64,000 nucleotides of DNA from Octopus vulgaris (GCA_951406725.2 OX597829.1:41912001-41976000), one strand, 5' to 3'; shown: positions 40,783 through 54,658, counted from the stretch's first letter. Translations and numbers: made by a program. Notes: generated from the sequence alone by a model not told the origin.

Positions 40783-41950
40783 CTGTCCGAAAGTTGTTTG
40801 TCCTTCACCTCACAGTCTTCTCCCAGAAGGTTTTTGTACAGTTTTTTAGAGAGGTATTTTTTAAATCTCCCCACTGCATCCGGATGTGAGTTCTTTGTTA
40901 TATGTATGATTTCAATGTACTGTGCGTGGATGATTATTTGTTTTGGTATCGTTTTCTGTTATGCTGGAATTAGGTCTGAATTGTTTATAGCCGTCAACAT
41001 TGTGGGGCCATTTGGTGTTTGTGTGTTTTTGTTAGTGCTTTTGTATTCTGCGAGTGTTTTGGTTTTGGAAGTGGCAAACCTTCCTCTTTTGTCCGTTTGC
41101 TTCTTTATTCTTTTACCCCTTTTCTCCCCCTCCCCAACCTGTGTCCACCTGCCAATCCTCTGTGTCGTCTTCATCTGGCGACATGTCGGAGGAATCAGAA
41201 AGTGGGAGTGGAAGGGTACTGGGGTCTATTTCTGAGTGTGTCAATGTTGATTTTGCTGTTGGTGTTGGTGGTGGTTGGTGACAGTTAGTATGTGGTGTAT
41301 GGGTTTTGGGGGTGGGGTATGAGTCCTTTTGTTTTTCTCTTCTTCCTTTGGAGTTGTTGTTGTTGATGGTGGTAGTGATGGTGTTGTTTCTGTTCTTGGT
41401 GGCGCTGATGGTGGTGTCGTTTCGTTGGGCTGATGTTACTCCATTTGTTGGTCGAGCTGTTTTATCAGTTGTGCATATGGCGGTGTAGGTAGCAGTGCAG
41501 TTTTTTTGTTTGTTTTTGGTTTTCTTGTTGTTGCGGTTGTTGTTGATCTTCATCTTGCTGTTGATCTTGATTTTGTTGTTGTTGCATCTGTGCTAATGGG
41601 CAATTAATTTTTAAGTGTGATTTGCTATCACAAACGTAGCAATGTGGCTTTCTACCTTCGACGGCCACATGCAAATTCGAACCGTCTGCCACTTTGATAA
41701 GATGTGGAATCATTTCAGTACTGATTGGATCAACTTGAGCAAGGATTTCCACTCCTTGACCAATCCAATTTTGCTGGTCCAGGACAGTGATTTCCAAGAT
41801 GGGGATTGCCTCCTCAATATCATAACAAATGGCAGACACAATCCATTTTATTTGTATCTCAGGAGGCACATCTTTGATTTTTATTTTTGTGACTTTACGA
41901 CCAAGGTATGTAGGGGGTCATCATTAGATTCTCGCATTCAAAATACTTCA
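40380..41950 (-). mobile_element. Tx1/L1-clade LINE 5' part: ORF1 zinc knuckle plus start of APE endonuclease
   Basis: ORF1 ...VEGRKPHCYVCDSKSHLKINCP (CX2CX4HX4C); endonuclease LRIGCINVQG, SETR, GCTAVLL, DPEGRLIVLDV, LRLITVYVP. Confidence 0.85.
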
Positions 41951-42209
41951 GATGGATAAATAAATAGATAAATGGATAGATAGATAAATGGATAGATTTA
42001 TAAATGGACAGATAGATAAATAGATAGATGAATAGAAATGAATAGAAAACTCTGTTTATATATATACATATATATACATACACACACACACACATATATA
42101 TATATATATGTATGTATGTATGTGTATATATATATATACATACACACACATATATATGTATGTATATATACATATATATACATACATATATCCATACATA
42201 ATACATACC

Positions 42210-42276
<67 letters not shown>

Positions 42277-42656
42277 CAGAGGCAAGCATATTATTATTTT
42301 CTCTTTTTTCTCACAAAAGCATAGGTTACAAAACAACTTTACTCTTTGAAATCAAAAAGGAAAAAAAAAAAAAAAAAGAAAGAAAATGAAGCGAAAGAAA
42401 AGAAGAAATGTAATAATATTCAAATGCTTTTCCTTCTTTGTATCAAAACTGGACGAACCAATAATTGAGCGGCTTACAAAAACGTAAAAACTTAAAAGTG
42501 TCAGCCACAGCTTGCACGACGCTTTCATTCTTATGACGATCGTCGTGGCGTATTTACAGATATTGTGCTGGAAGATCACTTGTACGTAACTCGCTGATCT
42601 AGTTTGAACTTCCACCTCTTCCACACACACACAATAATACACACAAACTCATATGC

Positions 42657-42714
<58 letters not shown>

Positions 42715-43129
42715 GCACACATACAAACAAATACGTGCGAAGTATGTCGGACATAGTAGAGAAGCGAGCCTAATGATAGGAATTTTTTCATAATACACTT
42801 AAATTCAATTTTAGATCAAACGGAAATTGACACCAGTACAGTTACGAATTTTTTCTGTTACATATACACTTGTGTTGCTTCAGAGCGCGCGCGCGCGCAT
42901 GTGTCTGTTTATTTTTCCAGCGTGTTTATTTTTTGTGTGAATGTGTGTGTATATGTGGATGTCACACGCTTTGATGAGTAGAGAAGGGTAATTTTGATAT
43001 GTTATATGTGTATGTATATGTGTGTGTGCCTATGTATTATGTATGTATGTATGTATGTATGTATGTATGTATGTATGTATGTATGTATGTATGAATGTAT
43101 GTACGTATGTATATATGTATGTATGTATG

Positions 43130-43163
<34 letters not shown>

Positions 43164-43259
43164 TGTGTGTGTATGTGTGTGTGTGTGTGTATGCATGTAT
43201 GTATGTATGTATGTGTGTGTGTATGTATATATGTATGTACGTATGTATGTATGTATGTA

Positions 43260-43306
<47 letters not shown>

Positions 43307-43421
43307 CATGTGTGCGTTACATATTAATGCGTGTATGAAGCTACGTGTTTGATTTTTGCTGGCTGCAAAACAAAAACAATTCAAAGCTGTTGAATGACAA
43401 GGCGAGAGAAAAGTTTTAAAC

Positions 43422-43647
<226 letters not shown>

Positions 43648-43860
43648 TATATATATATACATACATACATATATATATATACACACACACACACATGTAT
43701 GTATGTATGTATTACGGAGATGTGCTTGCACAGCAAGCGACCTGATCTGAGATCGTGTGCTGAAACAATAACAATTGCAGCGTGGAAGGTGTTTATAAGC
43801 CATTTAAAAACACACAAAAGCCGTTAGATTCACTTCAACGTTTAAATTTAATTTGCCAAA

Positions 43861-44028
43861 ATGTTTGTTGATGCGGTACCCAGGAACGAATTAATCAGGG
43901 CATTTAAGAAAATCCTGAGCACAACTGGCCTTAAGATCAAAGTTGTAGAAAAGGCAGGTAGGACTATCAAGTCAGTATTAAGTAAATCATACCAATTTGA
44001 TAAAATCACTTGTCAGAATAGGAGTTAA
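43861..44028 (+). pseudogene. Penelope-like RT-endonuclease linker fragment
   Basis: MFVDAVPRNELIRAFKKILSTTGLKIKVVEKAGRTIKSVLSKS..F...C resembles PLE pre-GIY-YIG linkers; hammerhead motif downstream. Confidence 0.55.
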
Positions 44029-44312
44029 TATGTGGGTTTGTAGAACATAGAATCACGTGTCAGAATAGGAGCAATCCTACGTAGATTTATGTGGATTAAA
44101 ATCCTGATATTGTAAAAATTCAGAGAAAAAAAAAACGCGAACATATCAACCTAAGGACTTATACACTTGTTTCTACAACATCGGAAAGTCGAACTATGAA
44201 CTTTTATGCTTTTTTCTTCCCTCTCTTCGTATCCTTATTCGTTTACTTCCTTCCTCTATGTCGTCATTTCATTAATATATGCCCTCCTCATTTCCCTTAT
44301 ATTTCCCTATTT

Positions 44313-44368
44313 GTCTCTGATGAAGGAATATCCCATAGTCGGGGATATCTCAGAAACAACTGTAAGAC
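44313..44368 (+). ncRNA. Type I hammerhead ribozyme motif
   Basis: gtct CTGATGA aggaatatccc atagtcg gggatatctca GAAA caactg TA agac. Confidence 0.8.
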
Positions 44369-44599
44369 TTTGAATTTTTTTTCCAATAATAATAATGTAT
44401 ATGACTTGAGATGCTTGCCTTGCCTTAACGTTTGTTGTCCTGTTTACCGATTATATATCCACTGCATCGGAAATTTGCAATGGCTCTATAACTACCGTCT
44501 CAGCTATAACTTTGGAGCCCAAGCAATCCATTACACCACTTACCTAGCGTACCTAATCGTTTAGATCACCTGTGAACTAGATCCCCATACTTTGTGTGA

Positions 44600-44658
<59 letters not shown>

Positions 44659-44777
44659 CACACACATACACATATATATATGTGTGTAATTGTTTTGAGA
44701 AATAAGATTGATTAGAAATTCTCTCACAATATGGAGATTTGGAGTTAGAAGTTTTCAACTTGAGACAAAAGATATAA

Positions 44778-44960
44778 ATATGTAATGCGAAGAAACAATA
44801 GACCTGGTAAGGCAATCCGCAAACTTAACTCCGATTAGAGATGGATTTAAAGGACAATTGTGCATGATAGATTAATCTATCATGCACAATTGTCCTTTAA
44901 ATCCATTTCTATTCGGAGTCATGTTTGCGGATTGAATGACCAGGTCTTTTGTTTCTTCGC

Positions 44961-44968
<8 letters not shown>
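44778..44968. repeat. Spacerless palindrome (~95-bp arms, perfect 33-bp core arms)
   Basis: atggatttaaaggacaattgtgcatgatagatt|aatctatcatgcacaattgtcctttaaatccat. Confidence 0.9.
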
Positions 44969-45004
<36 letters not shown>

Positions 45005-45145
45005 TGTATGTATGTATGTATGTATGTATGTATGTATGTATGTATGTATGTATGTATGTATGTATGTATGTATGTATGTATGCATGCATGTATATAGGTA
45101 TGCATGCATGCATGTATGTATGTATGTATGTATGTATGCATGCAT

Positions 45146-45569
45146 GCGGGATGAAAAACAAAACCCGTCAAAGGGCGGAGGAACTCTTGAGAGTCAACGG
45201 CCATCCAATAAATGTCTTAAGGCTGTATCATGCGCGGGGACATAGAAATAATCGGACTGAATACCCGATCGCGCGATTAAACCATTGGGAGTGAAGGACT
45301 CCTAGCCTTTGTTAGGACATCCTTCTAGGAGAAGGTAACTCAGGTAACTGGGGTAACTCCGACATAAAACCTGCGGCTCAGTGGTTACCGATGATGTTGA
45401 CTTGTTCTACTTTTCGGATTATGGCTACTGTTGCTTAGTGAGTGGGATTGATTCAGAGCACAGTCTTTCCTCACTTTAAAAGAAATCTTCTTGCACAGGC
45501 ATTGCACGATAACAACATTGATTAAGCTTCGTGCAATGGTCATACTTGATAACGAGGGGGCAGCCACCA
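45146..45569 (+). mobile_element. Non-coding element within (TATG)n, RTE-5'UTR-like
   Basis: ctaggagaaggtaactc...aaacct resembles RTE 5' UTR motifs; ATGT repeats on both sides. Confidence 0.4.
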
Positions 45570-45575
45570 TGTATG

Positions 45576-45644
<69 letters not shown>

Positions 45645-45664
45645 CACACACACACATATATATC

Positions 45665-45871
45665 TACGTGGGGTGCTGAAAAGTTCCTGGCCTTGGGTAA
45701 AAAATACAGGAGGATCAGTTAATTGTGATTTTATTCAACATATTTCCCTCTTAGATTCATACATTTATTGCAGCGATCCTTCAGCTTTTCCAAGCCCTGT
45801 AAAAGAACTCAGAAGGTTAGGCCTCCAAAAAGGATACACTTAAAGCCTGGACTTTTTAGCACCCCTTCGTA
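45665..45871. mobile_element. Mariner-derived MITE (second copy)
   Basis: Homologous to 25610-25829; TA-flanked TIRs. Confidence 0.8.
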
Positions 45872-45949
45872 TTGTAAATGAAATAACAGAATGTAGATTC
45901 ACATCGTTAACTACGGTACTGGTAGGTACAAAAGCAGTTTACTTGTCTA

Positions 45950-46500
45950 ACCTTGAATTAAGCAACCAGTTGTGAGTTTCGGATCGTGTAACTCACATTG
46001 ACTCATTTCATTTCATACAGTGCCCACCCAAGAAATCAGGAAAACAAACTAAGAAATTGACCATTTCTATAGAATCACTTCAATCGTTTCTTGTTGACCA
46101 GAGCAGACTTGAACACGCTTCTCTTTCACATTGTTTGTCTACGGCCAAAGTAACCTCTTTGAACACACTTTCGGGTTCCCAAAGTCTTCCACCGTAATAC
46201 ATTATGACTAGGTTTTAGTTCCCAAAGTCTTCGACTAGTGCAGCAGATTTACAGATTTTGATTCGTCTCTTCGCTCGAATCAATTTATCCACATACAGTC
46301 AATTCATGATACTGGTCGCATTTGCTGTTCGTGGTTTGTCTTCATTACTGGTATCTCCTTCTTTAAAAATCTTTTTATCACTTTGTGCATATTGCTATTG
46401 ATAATGGTATTCTCTGAGTAAACAACCTGCAACCTTGTCTATGGATGTCACACAGCCTGTAGTCTATTCTCGTCACCTTGTTTCTGTTTGGATCTCATTA
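45950..46500 (-). pseudogene. Highly degenerate mariner transposase N-terminal relic
   Basis: FKEGDTSNEDKPR...VDKLIRAKRRI...GNPKVCS. Confidence 0.55.
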
Positions 46501-46864
46501 TTTGCCTGCAATGAAGGGGATAAAAAAAACAAACTGAAAACAGGAAGAGTTACAATTGAAGACCAGTTACTCTAACAACATAGGCAATATCGACGACACA
46601 TACCAGTTAATAAAAAAAAAATAATGCCCACTTCTGCATTACTTTCGAAACTACACTTCTACATACATACACACACACACGCACACACACAGAGAAACAC
46701 ACATGCACACACACAGAGTCAAATACAGAGGCACACACGAATATACATACAACATCGAAGGGGGTAGGAGAGCTGGCAAGAGATACAAAAATCTGTTTTA
46801 TAGAACCATATGCGTATAAGAAAAAAAATTAAATATAAGGAAATAGCATCGACAATTTCAACAA

Positions 46865-46865
<1 letters not shown>

Positions 46866-46900
<35 letters not shown>

Positions 46901-46924
46901 TCATCATCGTCATCGTCATCATCG

Positions 46925-47005
<81 letters not shown>

Positions 47006-47015
47006 ACAACACCAC

Positions 47016-47082
<67 letters not shown>
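46866..47082. repeat. (CAT)n microsatellite
   Basis: Directly visible. Confidence 0.95.
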
Positions 47083-47083
<1 letters not shown>

Positions 47084-48082
47084 ACAAGAACAAAACAACA
47101 ACAGCAACAACTAATGCCACTACAACAACAATAACAAAAAAAAAACACGAATGATCTGTTATCAAGAGTTGATTTCAGGATCAATATGAAAGCAAGTAGT
47201 TTGATTGGAAGTGGTAAGCTGCCAGTGATTGTGTGTACAATGCGGAGAACCAGAGCAAAGCATCAACAAACGAAAGAAAGAAAGAATGAAAGGAGAGAGA
47301 GAGAGAGAGAGAAAGAGAGAGTAAAAGAACGTGTGTGTGTGTGTGTGTGAGTGGTGAGGGAGTGTGTGAGTAAGGGGGGGGAAGTGGTCTTTTCCTTTTT
47401 TTTTTTCTTCTTAATTTTGGAGTAATGGGATCTGTGATAGGGAAGGGTTAGTTAGTTAATTTTCTAAACGAAAAATCGCTGATATGTTAAAAATTATATG
47501 AATAATACAGAAAAGAAGTGAAGTTAGATTAAAAAAAAAAAAGGGAGAGTTTTTAGTCGCCAATTTTTTATTGGGGAGTAAGAAGAGAGCTGGGGCGAGG
47601 AAAAGAGCAGAAAATATATAGATATATAACGAATACAAATATGGAAGACGAAAAGCAGAAGAAGAGAGGTGTTTCTGCTCGCCTGCTTTTAGTTTTGCGT
47701 TTTATGTCCGTGTTCATATGCGTAGAGATTAGTGGCTTGATATGCATGCGTAAATGCGTGGATTCATGTACGAGAATATGACAAATAGGATAGGTCTGTA
47801 TGATTAGATATCTATACAGCATATACGGCGCGTATGTCTGTGAGGTTGCTGTTGTTGTGTATGTGTATGTGTGTGTGTGCGTGTGTGTATATGTGCATAT
47901 GTGTATGTGTAAGTGTGTGTGTGTGTGTGTGCATGCGTGCACGTGTATGCGCTTGTATATGTCTATATAAGTAAGTAAACTTGTCAGTATGTGTGTCATT
48001 GTGTGTGTGTGTGTGTGTGTGTGTAATGTGGTTTAGTGTGCAGCTAGATTAAGCCATCTTTCAATTATTTATCTGTGCAGCT

Positions 48083-48118
<36 letters not shown>

Positions 48119-48256
48119 ACACACACACATCTATATACACAAGCATATACATATATAAATACATATATATTTATACACATATGTATGTACATGTATATAT
48201 ACAAACATATATATGTATATATGTTTATATACATAAATATTACGTATATCTATGTA

Positions 48257-48296
<40 letters not shown>

Positions 48297-48324
48297 TGTA
48301 TGTGTGTGTGTATATATATAGATG

Positions 48325-48372
<48 letters not shown>

Positions 48373-48917
48373 TATGTGTGTGTGCATGTATGTATGTATA
48401 CGTATATGTATAATTAAATTGGGAACTAGTCCGCAAGAGATATATAATACATATAATATAATACAATATAATATAATATAACATATTGAAACGTAAGCCG
48501 ACACGGCTGTGATACAGGCTCATCAAGACCGATTCATGCCCATAGCGAAGCGGTCTTTTGTGATGCCATTCCACCAGCATTTGAATTGAATGTACGAGTA
48601 GGTTGAAAGTGGAGATCTCTGTTGCAAAAATAAGTCTAACTACACCATTAAATATCCGCACGGAGCACAACAGACATGGCAATCTTTTGAGGAAGCGCTT
48701 GGCATAAGATGGCGTTAGAGCAACGCCATTCTCCTCATATCTCAGCCTGTCATGGCGGGAGAAAGCGGGATGAGGAAAAGTGGGGGGAAAATGGCAATAA
48801 AAAAAAAAAATGAAGGGAAGAATCAAAAAGAAAAAGAAAAAGGAAAAAGATGAAAGAGGTAAGCAGTAGGAACAGTTAGAGGCATGAATGTATATATGTA
48901 AGTATGTGTATGTATGC

Positions 48918-48978
<61 letters not shown>

Positions 48979-49090
48979 CATACATACATACATACATACA
49001 TACATACATACAATCATACATACATTTATATATATATATATTTTATACATACATACACACATAATATATTATATATATACATGTGTATAT

Positions 49091-49155
<65 letters not shown>

Positions 49156-49475
49156 CGTAATACATACATGCATGTGTGTATGTGTTTGTATGTGCGTGAG
49201 TATGTGTGTCTGTGTTAATGCAACGTATGTAAATAAGTGAGTGTATAGAAAGAAAAAAAAATAAATACAAAGAGATGAAGCATTTCATATAATTATACTT
49301 ATGTGGATATTTCTCTACATACACATGTTTTCATATATTTATGTATATATGCATGTTATATATATATATATATGTTTACCACACACACACAAATACATAC
49401 ACACACACAAACACACGCACGCACAAACACACACATACGCACAAACACACAAACACACACACACCCACACATACA

Positions 49476-51211
49476 CAGCGGTGAGCACAGCTAACCAAAA
49501 TGTTAGCTTCGCTAAATGCTAACTAAAAATGTTAGCTTCACAAACGCTAAACCGTGAAACAGGTTTAAAAATTAGCGGAAGCTAGCGTTGACTGATAACC
49601 GCTAACTTTTATCATATCAATTTACTTTAGTTTTTTTTTTTTTTTGCTCCAAAGCCCTTAAAAACGAACCTAAAGAGCTGAAAATTTCATGTCGTAGCTT
49701 AGACATAGAGCTTTTCAAAAAAGTATAGCATGCCAAGATATCAGATGATGATCAAGATGTTCTACACTGGGTGGCTTTCTCCATCGCCTCGACGTGATGT
49801 TGGTCACCCTTCATAAACGACAGAGTAGCTCTCTTGACCCTCAGAATATCTTTGCCTATAGATGATAGGCGCTCAACTGTAGCACTGTTCGGCGGTGTTA
49901 TACTTTTGGTGAACAGGTCGATCAAAACCTGCTCACCCCCAAAAGGCGACTTCAGTCAGGACCTCTTTCGAGACAGCCGCCTCTAGCCAGGTCTTCGAAA
50001 AGTTCAGCGTCTTAGATTTCAGTGACCTGTGGCTCCCGCTCTTCCGGAACCGAGTAATATTGCCGAAGAAATCTTCTTCCTCATCCTCATTGCTGGTGCT
50101 GCTGCTGCTCTCCCTTTTGGTCTCTTTAGGGCTATCTTTACGACGGTCTCCATGGCGTTCGTTACTCTGTTAACCTGAGTGGTATTATACTGCTCCAGCC
50201 TAAACAGATGGACTTTGGGGTGGAAGGCAGTGGTCAGCTGGTACTCCAGGTCTTGTAGGAGGAGCCCAAGCCTTTTCGCGATGCCTGTTAGTATCGCGCC
50301 TAACAGAGGACTCCAATATAGGAGATGTTTGAGCTTGACCTCATTCAACTTCTCGATGGTAGCCGCTACAGTTGGCAGCAGGCTCCCGAGATAGGCCTGG
50401 TCCTTCCCCTGGATTTTATCGAAGGCCTTGGCAACATGAGACACCACCTGGGCGTACTCTGTCAGGAAGCCGACATCAGAATCAGTGAAGGTCTGCAGCT
50501 TTACCTGTGGATAGTTCACCCTGTGGACAGCTCCTCTATTCTTCTCTAGCAGGTTGTTGAAGACAACAACAGAGTCATGGGTAGAGTTCCATCTGTTAAT
50601 GTTGGGGATCACCAGCCTCCTCTTCAACGTTTCTAGAATGCTGTCTGCCGCCACCGTGCTGCGGCTCTTCAGATTCCACAGTCGTTGTGCTTTGGACATG
50701 GCCTTCTTGTTGGCCGACTTGAACGAAGTGCTGTCAAGAGCCTTGTTGGCATTCACGCTGGCTACTAAGTTGAAGGAATGAACTGCGCACTTCATGAGGC
50801 CCAGGCCGCTGGACTCGTCAAGGATGGCATCAACAGAGATGTACCAAACTCCGTTCTCATCTCCAGCCTCGGGATCCATATCCAGGTCCATATCCGCAAC
50901 GCCCTCCACGTCCGGATCGGCAGTAGTTTCAGGAATATCTAGTAAGAGTTCAATTTCTGTACCAAACTGCATAAATGCCGTAACAAAGTTTTTGCTGTTG
51001 TCCGTCGTGGTCCTGGTCACCTTGTCTAGCATATGGAACTTGTAATGGGTGTCCACCATGGTCTGAGCTAGAACATGAAAGGTGTGATGTCCTCTGAGCA
51101 GAGAGCAGGCTAGGAGGGTATGTTGTCTCGGGCGGGTCTTGGGGGTCCAGCCAGTATGCCGTCATCCCAGGTAGGACCTGTTGTGGGCCGACTAACAGTC
51201 TGCAGTGGTCG

Positions 51212-51212
<1 letters not shown>
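49476..51212 (-). mobile_element. hAT (Ac/Tol2-like) DNA transposon, 5'-truncated
   Basis: Terminus cagcggtgagc with subterminal gctaac/gttagc repeats; transposase relic. Confidence 0.85.
49762..51211 (-). pseudogene. hAT transposase (frameshifted; main ORF 50019-51059)
   Basis: TTAD.(W>*)S..RSYLGMTAYW, TTDN, CAVHSFNLV, PNINRWNS, TAFHPK, PNSATVERLSS (dimerisation domain). Confidence 0.9.
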
Positions 51213-51245
<33 letters not shown>

Positions 51246-51288
51246 CACATGAAAGACGGAAGATGGAATATACGAGAATTCATTATTA

Positions 51289-51394
51289 ATCATGACAATT
51301 GTTTCGATACGTCTAGCATCGATCCCTCTTGGCTGGGACACTCAGCATCTGGTTCAGGGGCATCCGGTGGTGCAAATGTATCTCGTTGGGTGAT
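51289..51394 (-). ncRNA. Degenerate hammerhead motif with ~75-nt stem II
   Basis: atcac CCAACGA gatac...gtatc GAAA caattg TC atgat; two core substitutions; next to (TA)n. Confidence 0.45.
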
Positions 51395-51429
51395 AAATAA
51401 ATACAACTCCTTAAATAAGCCTAACAACA

Positions 51430-51590
51430 GATTCAGTTCTCCATTCAGTTCTTTCCATACTTCCCCACCCAGTTCTTTCCCACGCTTCCTCCATTCAGTT
51501 CTTTCCCACGCTTCCTCCATTCAGTTCCTCCTACGTTTCCTCCATTCAGTTCTTTCCTACGCTTCCTCCATTCAGTTCTTCCTCCATTCA
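51430..51590. repeat. 25-26-bp tandem repeat (ccattcagttctttcccacgcttcct)
   Basis: Directly visible at the 5' junction of a truncated LINE. Confidence 0.85.
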
Positions 51591-52210
51591 AACGAGTCGC
51601 TTTATCAGCCGTGTCTATCGTCAATATCGTCACGCCTCCTCCTTCCTTCAAACGGGAAGGAAGAGCTATTTTCATCATATTTGTGGTTATGGCGAAAGAA
51701 TGCATCTGATGGACGCGTCTGAAAGGATTAGAGACAAACACTTTCCTCTCTGGTCAATCTCTCATCAACTTCTTCAAGTATCACTTGAAAAGGAAAGTGA
51801 GAGTAGAGAGGCAAGTTTTGTTTAGCGAATGTTTCAAAAAAAGATGGGTGAATGTAGCAAGGATGGCACGTATGAATGACGAAGCCACCTTGAGCATGAT
51901 CCTATGAACTCGGAAAAATTTAAAACAGAGAGTTACTTACTTGCAAACAAATGTGTTAACATGTGACATTATTGACCGAGGTTACCATGGTCTTTTCCGT
52001 AGGGTTTTCTCTCCACAGATAAACCTTATCTGTTTCCCCCTTTACACTTTACATCATGACATTTCTGTGATACACGATCCCTATTGATAATTTTTTTACG
52101 ATCCCTTTTGATCGAAAACCTACCCCTCTTTTTTTCCTCCCCAAAAGGAAAAGTTCTACGTTGTAATTTGTCCCCTCTGTGTTCAGCCCTGTGTGGCTAA
52201 TAAAGAAACA
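51590..52210 (+). mobile_element. Tx1/L1-clade LINE 3' fragment with 3' UTR
   Basis: MAKECI*WTRLKGLETNTFLSGQSLINFFKYHLKRKVRVERQVLFSECFKKRWVNVARM...; ends aataaagaaaca. Confidence 0.75.
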
Positions 52211-52223
52211 TATCCATCCATCC

Positions 52224-52320
<97 letters not shown>

Positions 52321-53476
52321 CCTAGTTGTTTGTCTGCCTTCCTGTCTGTCTGTCTATTTATCTATTTGTGTTGCCTCCTTCTCTAGCTTGCTGTGTGTCT
52401 GTGTGAAGGTGTTTAAATGCATGTGTTCTTATGTAAATATTTAGATGTCTTCTCACCAATCTCTCTATTTCATTCTATCTACATTACTCTGTCTCTATAT
52501 TTCTACCTCTCTCTCTATTTGCCTCTCTTTCCCTTTATGTGTGTGTGCGCGTCCGTGTTTGCGAGCGTGCGTATGCGCGCCCGTGATTTTTCTGTCTTTT
52601 CTTTTTGTATTTATATTCAACTACTCACGTAAACATATGCATGTGTTTGCGTCTGTGTGAGTGTGCACGCGTGTGCTTATGTGTGTATATGTGTGTGTGT
52701 GTAGATGTGTAGATGTGTGTGTTTGTAGGTTTATGCAGGGTGGGGGTGGTGGTGGAGAGCATTAATATGTAGATAGTGAGAAAGACAAGGAAAAAGAAAA
52801 AGAAGGGAGAGGAAAAGAGAAAAGAGGAAAAGCGAAGGGGGATAGATAGATAGATAGAAACAGAGAGAGAGGGAGAGAGATAGAAACAGAGAGAAAGAGG
52901 GAGAGAGACAGACAGAAAGTGGGAACAGCTAATAGGCAAATTACTGGAATATCATCTGTGGGATTCAACGGAATTAGAGAATGAGTAAGTTTTGGTAAAT
53001 TCTTCAGCTTGTTCTCAATTTCTGTATCGTTGCTGTGGTTGTTGTTCTTGTGGCTGTTGTTGTCATTGTTGTTGGTGGTGGTGGTGCTGTTTTTCCTCTC
53101 ATAATCGTCGCTTTCGTCGTAAAAAAGCCCTTGAATAGTTTAGAGCCCTGTATAACATATCCCTCGATGTAGCTGGTTACAAAATAAGCTGTATCGAGTT
53201 ACCGAACCTTATTCTACGTCTGCTAGCGTTGGTTTTTAAGTCAGGAGATGACGTCATTAGAGTCGCACCATCTTTCCATGTTCATGTCATGTCAGTGTTC
53301 GTCTTCACGAACTCGGTTTTGCTCACCAAATCGATTTCCGACTTCAAGCCGACATCTAGGGGTTGATGGCAAAGTTAGGCTCCTGTGTCCCATCGGTTAA
53401 TTATGAAGCTTTTTCTGAAACTTATTTCTTTGACACCTCATTATCAATATTTGAGCACTTATTCTAGTCTTCTGTC

Positions 53477-53780
53477 GATGGCCACACGGTCTAGTGGTTA
53501 GGGATGATGCACTCACGATCACGAGACTGTGGTTTCAATTCCTAGGCCAGGTGGTGCGTTGTGTTCTTGAGCAGAACACTTCATCTGTTGCTCTGCGATC
53601 ACTTTGACACCAGACACATGGCACACAGTGCATCTGTTCAGACAACGTTGATTTGATGGAGGGAATGAGCTCCTGTGCGGCACACTCATTTGATCCCTAT
53701 AATCAAGTCATTTGTGCGGGTCATTCAGCAAAATGCTGAACACTCATACGTCGTCTTCGAAAAGGAGAGTCCATCATCTA
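53477..53780 (+). mobile_element. tRNA-derived CORE-like SINE, family D
   Basis: cggtctagtggttag...ggtttcaattcc head followed by gttgtgttcttgagcagaacactt. Confidence 0.7.
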
Positions 53781-54658
53781 ATCTGTAAAAGCGAGGTTTA
53801 TTGCTCCTGCTCTCATGCGTGCAAATTTGCCCTAGCAAATTGGCCATCGAAACTTGAATATGAGCCTGGTAGCATCAACTCCATCAGTTCTTTTTTTTTT
53901 TTCTTTACCGAAACCTGAAGAACTAATATATGCCTCGCTACACCCGATTATTACATACATAGATACATACATACATACAGACAAACAAACAGATAAACAG
54001 ACAGATAAACAGACAGACACGTGTACATGTACACGATTAGACATAAATTGAAAATTCCACCTTCCCCTTCATCTTCTAACCTCGCTCCCTCCTCTACATC
54101 TCGATTTCATTCTACAGGCAAATATTTCCCATGCTGTGTTGGTTCTTTTTTTCTCAAGTTTTGACCAAGGTGACTGAGTTTTGCTTTTTATGCATCATCA
54201 TCATCATCATCATCATCGTCGTCGTCGTCATCGTCATTGTCGTCGTCATCGTTATCATCTACGACATCCTTCCTCCTCCTCCTCCTTCTCACCATCATCA
54301 TCATCATCATAAGCTTCATCATCATCATGACATGAACAGCACACACACACACAAAAACCAGAACAAGGAAACTTGAAAGCGGTTGTTCGACTTGTAAAAA
54401 AAGCTGCCATTTTATCTCCTGTTTATGCAAAGGAACATCATACTGAACCCCCCCCCCCCACCTTCACACACGCATACGCACAAGCGCGCGCGCGCACACA
54501 CACACACACTCACTCACTCACACACACACCACACACACACACTCACACACACACACACACTTACACACGCACACACACACATACGCACAAACTCACATAC
54601 GTTTTAAGTATGAATATGTGTATGGGTGTATTCATATACGCATGTATGTATGTATGTA

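Noticed and set aside
48490-48760. Complex segment inside ORF 48131-49021
   Set aside because: No recognisable domain; ORF length comes from flanking TA repeats; probably an unclassified repeat
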